From Vicugna vicugna (lineage: Eukaryota): DNA of 64,000 nt. Positions 25,686 through 37,615 of this stretch are shown here, one piece after another. Numbering within the stretch: position 1 is the stretch's first letter; every line of letters starts with the position of its first letter. The notes below the pieces were generated by a model. That model did no database searches and was not told the DNA's origin. It saw nothing but the letters and a program-made list of their open reading frames with translations. Both the position numbers and the translations under genes were made by a program. The stretch is taken from positions 1,834,616 to 1,898,615 of the forward strand of contig MU058584.1 of NCBI GenBank assembly GCA_013265495.1, written 5' to 3'.

Positions 25686-26439
25686 GGAAAAAAGGTAATA
25701 TTACTACAGAACCAGTTAACCAAGAAACCTAACGCCTCAGTGGAATTTGGTTCCTTTTGAAATAGTCCTCAAAAGTTATCAATCTCTGTTTAATCGAACC
25801 TTGCTTCATAGAGAACGTTGAAAGGGTCACTTTCTACCACTCACCTAGAATTTTGTATGATGTCAAAATTCCTTCTAACACTGTTCTAGGATTTCAGTCC
25901 AGATTGAGGTTAAGTGACCTTCTAGTAGCCTGGACTCAACTTTCAGCTGGCTTTTGCTTCCTCCATTATTTGTGTGCTGTTGTGATGTATGTCAGCCACC
26001 AACTCGTCCCCACTCACATAATAGAGTTAAATAGCAGTATGACCATCCACCCACTCTTTTTGACTTTTCTGCTCCTGTCTTTCTTATTTTTCAAGTCGTT
26101 AAGAGAAGTAAAAAGAGCAAAATGAGTATGAAATACGTTCCCTTGTCACTGGGACCGTCTGTGATTAACTGTTTGGCAATCAGAATGTTTCCCTCCTGTT
26201 TCACATCAGGACTTAACATCTCCATTCCAGCAAGAATTGCAAGCTGTTAGGTAGATGGTGCTTTAATTTGCTAGAAATTTAAATATATAAATACCCACTA
26301 CCTTCATACAGAGATACTCTGCTCCTTGTTAAAGCAGCTGCAAGTACAAAAGAAAAAAAAAGAAAAAACCTACTATATAAATGTTAAGCAGTATCTAAAC
26401 ACAACCTAACAAAGATACTTAAGTTAAGTAACATTTTTT

Positions 26440-27830
26440 ATTATACAGTAGACTTTTTAAAATGTATAAAATAGAAAATATCAGAAAGTATAAAGAAGTT
26501 AGTTAAAATCCTCACTAGCCAGAAGGGAACAAGATTAACATTTTGATGTATTTATTGACATTTCTTTTCTGAACACATACATACACACATTAACTGGGAT
26601 CATGAAGGATTTTATCTTATAAAAATCATATATTTATTATACAAAATTTGTAAAATACTGAAGAATGACAAAAATATTTTATTATAATTTTTTATAACTT
26701 AGACGCAATAATTTTTATATCTTTGCTATGAATACATCCTGATTTTTTCTATTAATACATTTTTTTATTATAGAAGACATCAATGTTAATTATCTAAACT
26801 GGAAAATTATAGAGTCATTAAGAAAATCTATCTCTGGTATCTATGCTTCTTGAAATATAGATACAGCTATAGTGATATTAAAGAAATTCTACACAAGTCA
26901 CGTTGCAATAGAACATGACTGTCTTCTCATGTCATCAAATATTTGGCTGAAGTTTACATTATAACATTTATATAAAATGTTACAGCCTGTATCATGATCT
27001 AATTATCCTATGCATGCTATTTAATTGTTCTATCTTCTTTTCAAATTACGGGGGTACCAATTTTTTGGCACATTCAGCAAAAACGAGAATTATTATTATA
27101 CTTTTAAATCTTCACGAATTTGATAGATAGAAAGTGATATCTTGTTTTAATTTTTATTTTACCATGATTAATCCTGATACTAACCCTTTCAAACATGCAT
27201 ATTGATCATTTGTTTTACTTTTTTGTAAATTGCTGTTGTGTCTTTTTCCTATTTTCCCTTGATTTTCTCTGTTGAATTCTATTGAATTGTAATAACTTTT
27301 TCCACCATGAAGGTACCAACACTGTCTCTTGCATAAAAATTATCCAAATGCTACAAGCTGGTTGTTTTCATTTTAAATTTGTTTGTAGATTTCTTCATAC
27401 AGAAGTTTCTTAACGGGAGTCAATTCTACTACTTTTTTTCCATTGAGTTTTAATCTGTCATGAGACAGGCGTTTTTTCCTTCTTTTCAGTTATTTAAATT
27501 TGCAGCCACATTTTTTATGCTTTCTGTTTTTCCCCTTAAGTCTGAACACATTTGTAATTCAACTCTGCATATTACTTGATGTAAGCAATTGGGCTTCCTA
27601 GTGTTTCCAACTCTTCAACACCAATAATCACGTTATTGAAATGCCTACACTTCTTTGAAATGCTAGCTTTGTCATACACTAACTGTTACGTGTATTTTCA
27701 TTGGTCTGCTCCTGGACTTCTTTTCCACTCCACTGATAGGTTTGTCAGCACTACACTGTTGGAATTATTATCATTTTATAAACATCCTAATACCTCTCAG
27801 TTCAAGTGGCCTCTTTTGTCTCTTCTTCAA
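26440..27830 (-). mobile_element. Ancient L1 (L1ME-like) fragments, antisense
   Basis: agattaacattttgatgtattt...aactgggatcat (antisense L1ME terminus), plus ORF2-like antisense blocks (tgatatcttgttttaatttttatttt; ggtctgctcctggacttctttccactccactgat). Confidence 0.55.
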
Positions 27831-29219
27831 AAAATGACTTTTGTCAACATTACGATGATTAAGTTTTCAAAACCCTTTAAATTCATTTTGCTGTAATAGG
27901 GAAAATTGTCCCCAAAGAATAACACAAAATTTTAGTTTGTTTTATGACCTTGGACAAGATACCCAAAGCTTAACTTTCTACATGATGATCTTTAGGTATT
28001 TCCTTTCTGTGTTATTTTTTAGATCTATACAAAAAGGGATTTTTACCATTTTTTTCAGAAAGCAACTCTAACACCAGCCAAAAGAGCATCCTAGTTAACT
28101 ATGTGCTTCTATATGATTATACATGCAAATGGCGACGCTTCTGGCTTTGACCTCTGCCTACACGTGGAAAAGAGTGAACCGACCAGGAAGTAGAAATTTT
28201 CTTAAGATCCTCAGCTGCAATTCTAAATTTTGCTAACTCTGTGCCCCTAAAGAGTCACAACATTTGTGGTGATGGTGGATAATTAGTGGCTGTAAATTCT
28301 CTGAGATGTGAAGTTTTGATTCAGGGTCCACTTAGCATTTTCATGCAAGTTCTTTAGGAATCCTGTTGCCATATGTTCTTTGCAAGCACCCAGCCTAGAA
28401 GAGCCACAATGTAGACAGCACTGCTTTAAGCCAATTCATCTGCAAAGAAGTAGAAACAGACAAGAAACATTCACAACAAGGAGTTTTCTTGTTGACCGTG
28501 TGTGTTTTTTTTACATTGTCCTTTGATTCTTTTTGGTTTCCTTTTCCAAAAAGGGCCAAGTATTTTTGCTTTTACATTCAGTAACTAGAAACTCTGTGTA
28601 AGTTGCTAAATTTGTATCTATCAACACTCAATCTTAAAATCTGGCAACTAAGTTTTTGTTAGTTGAGTTCTTCAAGGTAAGTTTTTTTGCTGTATAAACA
28701 GTTGATTTTTGAAAGATTAATAATATTTCCAAATTTTCAGAACTGGATGATCGAGGTGATAATGCTTGAAAGGCCCTAGAGACACATAACTCTGCTTCTT
28801 TGTTTAGAATCTATTAGCTACTCTGTGTCCACAACCTCAATCTTTCCCTTCTCCCTCCCTTGGCTACGGACAAAAAGGCATTTCATTCCTTGAGATCCTT
28901 GAGATTTTGTCTGTACGTGAGGGAAAGGAGCCTCTTCTAAAATCTGCAAGATTGACCCATTCATCATGTGTCCATTTGTCAAACATTTATTGACCATCTC
29001 CATTATACTAGACATCATGCTAAGAACTGAATTGTACCTCTTGTGACAATCTTTGATTTGGGATATTGGAACATGCTAATTCGAGTTCTACAATTTGGGT
29101 CTAAGGAGAAAAAGCAGAGAAACAAAAATAGATTTTAATATATCCCCTGTGATTATTTACAGCAAGCTTTCACTAGAACCATTTTCAGCCTTTGCCTCTT
29201 GACCTTCTCCTATTTGTCT

Positions 29220-29352
29220 GTTTGTTTTTTGTTTTGAGGGGGAGGTAGTTGGTTTATTTATTCATTTATTTGTGTGATGGGGGGACTGGGGATTGAACTC
29301 AGGACCTGGTGCCTGCTAAGCACGAACTCTACCACTGAGCTATACCCTCCCC
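29220..29352 (-). mobile_element. Camelid Vic-1-like tRNA-Ala-derived SINE
   Basis: Reverse complement reads GGGGAGGGTATAGCTCAGTGGTAGAG...CTTAGCA...GAGTTCAATCCCCAG followed by an (AAAT)n tail; TSD atttgtct at 29212-29219 and 29354-29361. Confidence 0.9.
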
Positions 29353-29649
29353 AATTTGTCTAACTTTCAAAAAGTGAAAATATACTTACTGTTGGATTCA
29401 GCAAGTATATTTTCTACCAACAGCTCCTGAGACATTTACCTGCTGAAGCCTACCTTCGCAATGCACTGCTTCATCTTCTGGACTATTCTCCACCTCCCAT
29501 CCTGACTAAACATACCTGACTCAGGAGATGAGATGTCGTATTAAAAAGACTGGCTAATAATTGTGTTCTCATGACCTATGCTAATAGAAGTGTTAAAAGG
29601 TGTTCTTCATAAAGGAAGATAAAGACACCACATGGGAACTTGGATCTCG

Positions 29650-30113
29650 AGAAAAAAAGAAAGAAAGAGAGAAAAACAGAAAGAGAGAGAGAGAAAGAGA
29701 AAGAAAGAAAAGAAAGAAAGAAAGAAAAAAAGAAAGAAAGAGAGAAAAAGAGAAAGAGAGAGAGAGAAAGAGAAAGAAAGAAAGAAGGAAAGAAAGAAAG
29801 AAAGAAGGAAAGAAAGAAAGAAAGAAGGAAAGAAAGAAAGAAAGAAGGAAAGAAAGAAAGAAAGAAGGAAAGAAAGAAAGAAAGAAGGAAAGAAAGAAAG
29901 AAAGAAGGAAAGAAAGAAAGAAAGAAGGAAAGAAAGAAAGAAAGAAGGAAAGAAAGAAAGAAAGAAGGAAAGAAAGAAAGAAAGAAGGAAAGAAAGAAAG
30001 AAAGAAGGAAAGAAAGAAAGAAAGAAGGAAAGAAAGAAAGAAAGAAGGAAAGAAAGAAAGAAAGAAAGAAAGAAAGGAAGGAAGGAAGGAAGGAGGGAAG
30101 GAAGGCAGGAAAG
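29650..30113. repeat. Compound (GA)/(GAAA)/(GGAA) microsatellite with a 20-bp higher-order unit
   Basis: 14 perfect copies of AAAGAAGGAAAGAAAGAAAG at 29781-30060; purine-only from 29678 to 30105. Confidence 0.98.
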
Positions 30114-30182
30114 TTCTGAAAATGGCAAATATGTGTTGCACATATAACTCTCTTTTCTCGTCATTTTAAAATTTTCTTTAAA

Positions 30183-30310
30183 GGTCAGTGGCTATGCAAA
30201 TCATGTATTCATGGGTCTGTAACAAATGTAAAAGTAAAACGAATGATTAAATAACACCAAGAAGGAGAGGCTGAGAGGGGAGAAATGGAAGTACCTTGTA
30301 GTAAGGGTCA
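30183..30310 (+). mobile_element. Old L1 internal fragment
   Basis: gggtctgtaacaaatgtaaaagtaaaacgaatga...ataacaccaagaagg...aaatggaagtaccttgtagtaagg resembles the L1M inter-ORF region. Confidence 0.55.
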
Positions 30311-30804
30311 AATAGCAAAGCTAAGAAAATATGGGACAAATAAAAAGCAAATATCCAAATGGTATATTTAAGCACATCATAGTAAAAAGTACAATTAATT
30401 ACATTAATTTTAAATGATCTGGACACACCCCCCCCAACTCCCTCCCCATCCCCACCTTCTTCCTGGGCAACCACAGGGCCTCCTAAGAGGACCAGGACAT
30501 GGGGAAGCAGAGGTTATCCTAGCTCCTCCTGCTTAGGGCTCCTAGTCACCCAACTGCAAATCAGGATTCCCTTCCTTCTACTCTTGAAGGCTGCACGTCG
30601 GGACTCTGTCCAGGTAGTTTGATGGGAGACCGGAAAAGCCCAACTAATATCAAAACAAATGGCTGCATTCTGCTGGGATGCTTATAATAAAGGAATCACT
30701 AGAGTGACATGACCAGGAGTTGGGGCATATTTTTGGATATTTTCCAAGGGATTTTAACCAGATATGGATACACAAACCAGTTCATGAATACACACACACA
30801 CAAA

Positions 30805-31670
30805 AGACCTAAGCTTCCCATTAAACAATTGGTAAATGATTTCTACAGACATTTCTCCAAAGAATACATACAAATAAACAAAAAGTATATGAAAACATGC
30901 TTAACATCATTAATAATCAGTAATGCAAATCAAAATCACAATGAGATACCACTATTGCTCACTAGCATAGTTATAATTTTTATAAAAGGTTATATGTACA
31001 AATGTGGGTAAAGATTTGGAGAAGTTGTAACCCTCATTCTTTGATGTTGACAATGTAAATGATGGGGCCACTTTGGAGAAAATTTAGCAGTTCCTCAAAA
31101 GTCAATCATAGAGCTACTATATAACTCAGCCATTCCACTCCAATGTGTATGCCCTAGAGAAACAAAAAGACCTATCTACACAGAAGCTTGTACATGAATG
31201 TTCATAGCAGGGTTATTCACAGTAACCAAAAAAGTAGAAAAAACCTAGATGTCCATTAACTGATGGATGTACAAGTAAAATGTGATATATCCATACAATG
31301 GAATATTATTCAGCTCTAAAAAGAAATAAAATACTGACACATGCTAGCACATGGATGAACCTTGAAAAGACAGTAATTGAAAGAAGCCAGTCCACAAGGC
31401 CACATATTGTATGATTCCATTTATATCAAATGTCCAGGATGGGCAACTCTGTAGAGAGAGTTGTTACAAGGGGTTTGGTGGGAGAAAGGATGGGAAGTGA
31501 CTTATAGTGGACATGGCATTCCTTTTTGGGTGATAAAAATGAACCAAATTTAGATAGTGATGATGGTTGCACAGCTTCTGAAAATATATTTTTTAAATGC
31601 TGAATTGCATACTTTAAAAGGTGAATTTTATGGCATTTGAATTATGTCTCAATAAAGTTATTATAAAAAG
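30805..31670 (+). mobile_element. L1MB-type ORF2 end + 3' UTR
   Basis: agacatttctccaaagaa...gcaaatcaaaatcacaatgagataccac...atccatacaatggaatattattcagc...ttagatagtgatgatggttgcaca...tatgtctcaataaag. Confidence 0.9.
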
Positions 31671-32400
31671 AAACATGAAGATGATATAGGTGTTGGACTT
31701 AGCAAGCATAAGACTGTGAAATAGATATTTTAATATGCTCAACAAAATAGATGGCAACATAAAATCTATTTTTTAAAAAAAGAACAGAATAGAAATTCTA
31801 GAGCTAAAAATTAAATTTAACTAAAACTAACACCTCCTAGGTGAGCCAAACAATATGAAACAACATTTAAACACAGCAAAAAAAAAAAAAAAAAAAAAAA
31901 AGGATTAGTGAACTGAGCGATACATCAACTGAAAATATCCAGATCAACACACAAAGGAAAAGATGATAGAAAATTCAGAGTGAGGGAAAGAGAAATATGG
32001 GGTACAATAGAAATTCAAAATGAATAATATTTAATTGGAATTTCAGAAAAATAGGAAAGGGAAAATGGGAAAGAAACAGTATAAAAAAAGATTCTGATTT
32101 ATTTTAAAAACTGTTTTATACTAACAAGAAACCAGTAAACATTATATGGAAGTCTCACTGCAAAGCTGAAGCAAGTTAAAGATAAAGAAAGTAACGGGCC
32201 AATCAGAGTGAAATTTCTGGAAGAAAAAAGACAAGGAGAAAATTTTAAAAGCGTTCAGAAAAAAAGGACGCATTAAAAAAAAAGAAAAAAGGACGCATTA
32301 CTTTCAAAGGAGCAACAATAAGACTAAAAGTTGACTGTTATAAACAAATACAGACAACAGAAGAAAATAGATTGGCATCATTAAGGTGCTGAAAAAATGA
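31671..32400 (+). mobile_element. Old L1 ORF1-region fragment
   Basis: aatagaaattctagagctaaaaa...ggattagtgaactgagcgatacatcaactgaaaatatccaga...ttcaaaggagcaacaataagactaaaagttgac...ttaaggtgctgaaa. Confidence 0.75.
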
Positions 32401-34908
32401 CAGCTAGGTTCCTAGGGAGCCAAGGTAATGGGTGTGGTGCAAATCTGAAGCTCTTATTATAAACACCCAAGAAAATTAATAACAATGATAACAAAAAATA
32501 AAATTATATAATCTCATGAAATTAATATAATTAGGAAACACAGAAGTTCCAAATTTCAAGTCTCCTGTTAAGCACAAAAATGAATGCCAAATGCCAGTGA
32601 GCTATCTCCCAAGCTGCTGCCACAAGCTTTCACTCAGAGCAGGTGCAGCTCCAAATAAATAAATAAATAAAAATACACACACAAAAAATGGAAACAATAG
32701 CAGGTCTAGATAATGTAAGTCAGTCTTTATAAAGAGCAAATCCTCCCTGGGTTTGAAAGCAATAGGAATAATCATATTGTGGATTCGCACAGTAACTACA
32801 GGGAAAAAGGCTCAAAAAATTCATGTGAGACTTGAGGTGACAACCCTGAAATGATGATGCTTTGGACAAGAAAAGGGTAAAAAAAAAAAGGAAGGGGGCC
32901 CTTTGAAGAGGACCTGGTAAAGGGAGAAAAAAGAAGGGAAAATAAAAGATCTCATAGGATGAAAGATATCAAGCAATTTAATATTAAAGGATACATACTC
33001 CTTTCCTCCAAAAGTCATCTCCAAAAATACAAAGACTATCCATAATGAACTGTACCTTACTACACTAGCAGCAGCAGATGATCTTAAACTATGAATCTTA
33101 TAAAACACTATCAAACTACAATCCCTCTCCATAGGAATCCTAAAAACAGTCTCCATCTATTGAAAATCACTGCAAAATAAAAAGTAAAAGGAGAGTAAGA
33201 ATAGTTCCGCTAATGAGAGCCTCCACTCCTCTTGAAACAAATGTGACGCAAAAGGAAATTAACACAGCAAGCGGAACTAAATTAAAATATCCATAAACAA
33301 GTATTGGAGGATATAGGGGGGGAAAAAAACCTAAAACAGAAATGGAAACACACAAAAAAAGGCAGGAATGAAGTGAGAGTCAGTGGAATTAGGAAAAAAT
33401 AGAGACGAAGAAGACAAAATCATTTTGGAAAAAAAGAAAAATTAATCAGGAAGAATAGATTAAACTAAAAGTTTATTAAGGAGCATTAACAGAGAGAGGA
33501 AATAGCTAGGTAAAAAAAGATTTGAACAAATTTAGAGAGAATATGATTGAAATGAAAGATGGCAATTTACATAAAATTGGAGATCCAGAACATATTTTTT
33601 TTAATAGATTGAAATTAACATCTAAAAGTCTAATCCAGGAAAACTTTCCCTAAATAAATGAGGATTTGAATTTTTACTGAAAGGGCTCACAAGGAGTGAG
33701 GATGGAATAACCACAGGGATCAAGTTGGACACTTATCCTAGGAAAACTGTCGCATTTTAAAGATAACCTCTTCAGAAATTCCAGGCAAAAAGAGTAAGTA
33801 AATGGATAAGAATAAGAGAATTAGACTGGAATTAAACTCCTGTAAAATAATAAACAAAGTAGGCAAATATGAAACAGTATTTTCAGAAAACTGAAGAAAA
33901 GTCTAAGTCAGAAATTGTATACCCAGGCAAAATGTCCTTCAGGCTTCAAGACTATACAAAAATTGTTTCAAACAAGCAAGAATTTAGGAATTTTGAGCCC
34001 ATTATCCTTTCTTGAATAGTCTAGAAAATAAATTTCACCTAACCAAGAGATGCCTAGGGAAACTTCAGGAAGAAGATGATTGGAGATAATGAAAAGTAAC
34101 TAAGTGTAGATCTAAAATTAAAACAAAATTCAGAGTGATGGTGAAACAATACTAAGTTATTTCTTGCGTGATACATGCTCTCTATCTTGTGTATTCTTAT
34201 GTTCTGACAAAGTTGAAATTAGGCAACTCATAAGTAAAAAGAAATAAAGACAGTAATAAGGGTACAAGTACAAACATAATGAATAGGACAGAAACACAAA
34301 CTTTTCTATACGCCAACAAATTTTATAAAGAATTGCTAAAACAGCACACAGAGAAAGGAACATCACAAATGTAACATAATGCACATAATAATTATAAAAT
34401 AATATGCCATAAATGGAAATAGGCTTAATCATTAAATAAAAAGAATTTTTAAATTAGCTAACAAAGATCATCTTTTTCTATATGTGCAGGATATGCCCAA
34501 AACAGAAAGATCTACAAAGGCTAAAATTAAAAGAATGGACAAAGGTGAAAACTAATGGGAACAACAGAAGAACAAGCAAAGCATTACTGGTATCAAACAA
34601 ACTAGAATTCAGATGAACCTCAATAAAATATGACAAGGAATCACACCTTTTTTTAATAATAAAAGGCAAGATTCACATGGAGGTATAAGAATTATAAATA
34701 TCTACAGCAAAGTACACAACAGTACACAATTATAAATATCTACACAAAGTACACAACAGTATATGAAGTAAAAACTAAGTTAGATACAAGGAAACATAGC
34801 AACACATCAGTAGGAGGCTTTAACGTAATAATCTCAGTGCAAACAGATCAAGTAAACAAAGATTAAAGTTATAGAGACTCTAAAGACACAGTCAAGAAGT
34901 AAATCTCA

Positions 34909-35012
34909 ATATGAAAATGAGTATGTTTATGTATATGTATGAATGAAACATGATGCTGTACACCAGAAATTGACACAACATTGTAAACTGACTATACTTC
35001 AATTCTAAAAAA
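34909..35012 (+). mobile_element. Young, very short L1 3' end nested in old L1, with TSD
   Basis: tgctgtacaccagaaattgacacaacattgtaaactgactatacttcaat + A tail; TSD aagaagtaaatctca (34894-34908) / aaaaagtaaatccca (35010-35024). Confidence 0.9.
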
Positions 35013-35057
35013 AAGTAAATCCCATGGACATAGATAAATACATACTATATGTAATAC

Positions 35058-35058
35058 T

Positions 35059-35094
<36 letters not shown>

Positions 35095-35136
35095 CTATGT
35101 GTGTGTGTATATATATATATATATATAGTATATATA
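35058..35136. repeat. (TG)n(TA)n compound microsatellite
   Basis: Seen directly. Confidence 0.95.
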
Positions 35137-36569
35137 CCAGATTTTTCATCCCGGTAATGAAGAATTTACTTTCTTCTAAAAACTGCTCATGTATCAGGGC
35201 ATGAAGGAAACATTAGTAATTTTCATAATTTAGAACTATCACAATTAACACGATCTGATCACAGTGTAGTAAAACTAGGAAATAGTAACAAAACTTTCTA
35301 AATGGACTTCCTAACTGTTAATTTTTAAAATCCCATTAAAAAACTCTTGGATGAAAGTGAAATTACAAAATGAAATTACAGAATATCTTAAAAAAATGAT
35401 TATGAAAGCATTAAATACCAGATTTTTGTGGCAGTGCCTAGAAAAAATCTTTAACATTTAATATATATATAAATATATGCATGAAAGAATAAAATATATA
35501 TAAATATATATGAAAGAAAATAAATAAATTAGTTAAATCCACAGCTCAAGAAGTTAGGAAAAAATGAACCAAGCACACACACACACACGCACACTCACAC
35601 AGAAAAGGAAATAATAAAGATAAAAGTGGAATCAGTAATGTAGATAATAGAAAAATAGTAGATTTAATTAAAAATCAAAATTTCAAGCTTTTAAAACTTA
35701 ACAAAACAGACAACTACCTGTTCTAATAAAAAGGAAGCACAACATACAAATGAGAAATGATGCAAGGGAAATGCCATAGAAATATGACAAAAATAAAAAG
35801 AAATATAAGGAAAAAATAATAAATTTACAATCATAGTTGGAGAGTGTAGTGTAATTCTTTAGTAACTGATTTTAAAAGTAGACCAAAATTCGCTAGAGCT
35901 ATAAAGTATTGGAAAACATGATTAACGAAGTTAACACAATTGACGTTAACAGAATCCTGCACCCAACACCTGCATGAAACTCATCGTTTTCAAGTGTAAA
36001 CTGAACATTTATCAAAATTGACCATATGCTAAACTATAAAGCAAGTCTGAAAAATTTTCAATCATATATAATGTGTTCTCTGGCAACAGTGGAATTGAAC
36101 TAGAAAGAAAAACAAAAAATAACTGGAAAATCCCCAAATGTTTGTAAATTAGCCAGTATACTCCTATTTAACCCATGGGTCAAAACAGAAATTCTAAAGG
36201 AAATTAAAAAATATTTTGAAATGAAAGAAAGTAAAGACATAACAAATCAATTTTGGGGGGATGAATTTAGAGCTAAGCTTAGAGGGAAATTTAATAAGTC
36301 TTCAAACACATATGTAAGGGGAAAAAAATCCCTAATCTAAATATCAGTCTCAAGGAGCTCAGATTTTTTTAAAAAGAGCAAATTAAACAAAAATTGGTAA
36401 AGAAGAAAAGAGCATAAATCAATGAAATTTTGTTAAGTACACTGGAGAAAATCAAGAAGACCAAAGTTTTTTCTCATTTTCTTAAGACTAATAAAATTGA
36501 GAAACCCTTAGCAAGATTAATGAAGAAAAAAACAAAAGAAAAAAAAAACCTACCAGTATATGGAATCAT

Positions 36570-37615
36570 TTTTTAATCAGGACAAAAATTATTAACTTTT
36601 GATAAAACAAAAGAATGATAAATTGAACTTCATTAAAATTAAGTACTTTTGTTTTCCAAAAGACACCATTAAACATACTGGGAGAAGATTTTTGAACAGA
36701 ATGTATCTGACTGAGGACTTGTACCTAGGACATATTTTAAAATTCCTATGACTGATATGAAAAAGATGATCAACTCAATAGAAAAAAACGGGCAATATGC
36801 TTGAACAAAATTTCACAATAAAGCATATCAAAGAGCTAATAAGTATTTGAAAAACTGTGCACTGTTATGAGTCATCAGAAAGATGTAAGTTAAAACCACA
36901 ATGAGATTCTACGACTTACCCACCAGTATGACCACAGTCTTACAAAATGACAGTATAAAGTGTATGGAGTATCTAGAAATCTCATAACGTTTGGTGATCA
37001 TATAAATTTGCACAAATACCTTAGAAAGCCATTTAGCAATATTTATTAAAACTGAACATATACATTCTCTATGACCAAGTAATTGCACTTTTAAGCATAT
37101 GCCCAACAAAAAGTTATATATATATGCTACAAAAGACATGCATGAGAAGGTTCATAGCAGTGTTAATAACCCCAAACCAGAAACAGCCCAAATGTTAATC
37201 AGCAGAAATATGTAACAATACATTGTGGTATATTCATAAAATGAAATATTATACAACAATGAAAAATAAACTGTTGTTAAGTGTCACAGCATGAGTGAAT
37301 CTTACAAACATAATGTTGAGTTCAAAAAGGCATACACAAAAGAAGACATATCTCTATGATTTCTTTAATATAAATATCAGAGCAGACAAATCTAATCTCT
37401 GCTGTTAGAAGTCAAAATATTTTGTCATTGGGGAGGGGAGTAAATAATGACTACGAAGGGACAAGAGGCTTCTGAGGTGCTGGTAATATTATACTTCTAT
37501 TCTAATATTCCGTCTGAGTGGTGGTTATGCTGGTCTGTTTATGCAAAATTTCATTGGGCTCTATACTCACAATTTGTGTAAAAATATAAATATATATGTT
37601 TATATAATCTCAATA
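36570..37615 (+). mobile_element. L1ME-type ORF2 end + 3' UTR
   Basis: tgataaattgaacttcattaaaattaag...aaaaccacaatgagattctac...gacaaatctaatctctgctgttagaagtca...ttctgaggtgctggtaatatt. Confidence 0.85.

Larger units (their letters stand above)
33170..36560 (+). mobile_element. Degraded old L1 ORF1/ORF2 (endonuclease-region) fragments
   Basis: A-rich; ccaggaaaactttccctaaataaatgaggatttgaat, gaaattgtatacccaggcaaaatgtccttcagg, and acagaatcctgcacccaaca...caaaattgaccatatgct...ttctctggcaacagtggaattgaactagaaa; no intact ORF. Confidence 0.75.

Noticed and set aside
29781..30060. CRISPR-like regular array
   Set aside because: Head-to-tail identical low-complexity units with no spacers, in a mammalian context with no cas genes
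29593..30169. Five long overlapping ORFs (K/E/R-rich and S/F/L-rich, 159-189 aa)
   Set aside because: Artefact of the purine-only microsatellite, which cannot contain stop codons on either strand
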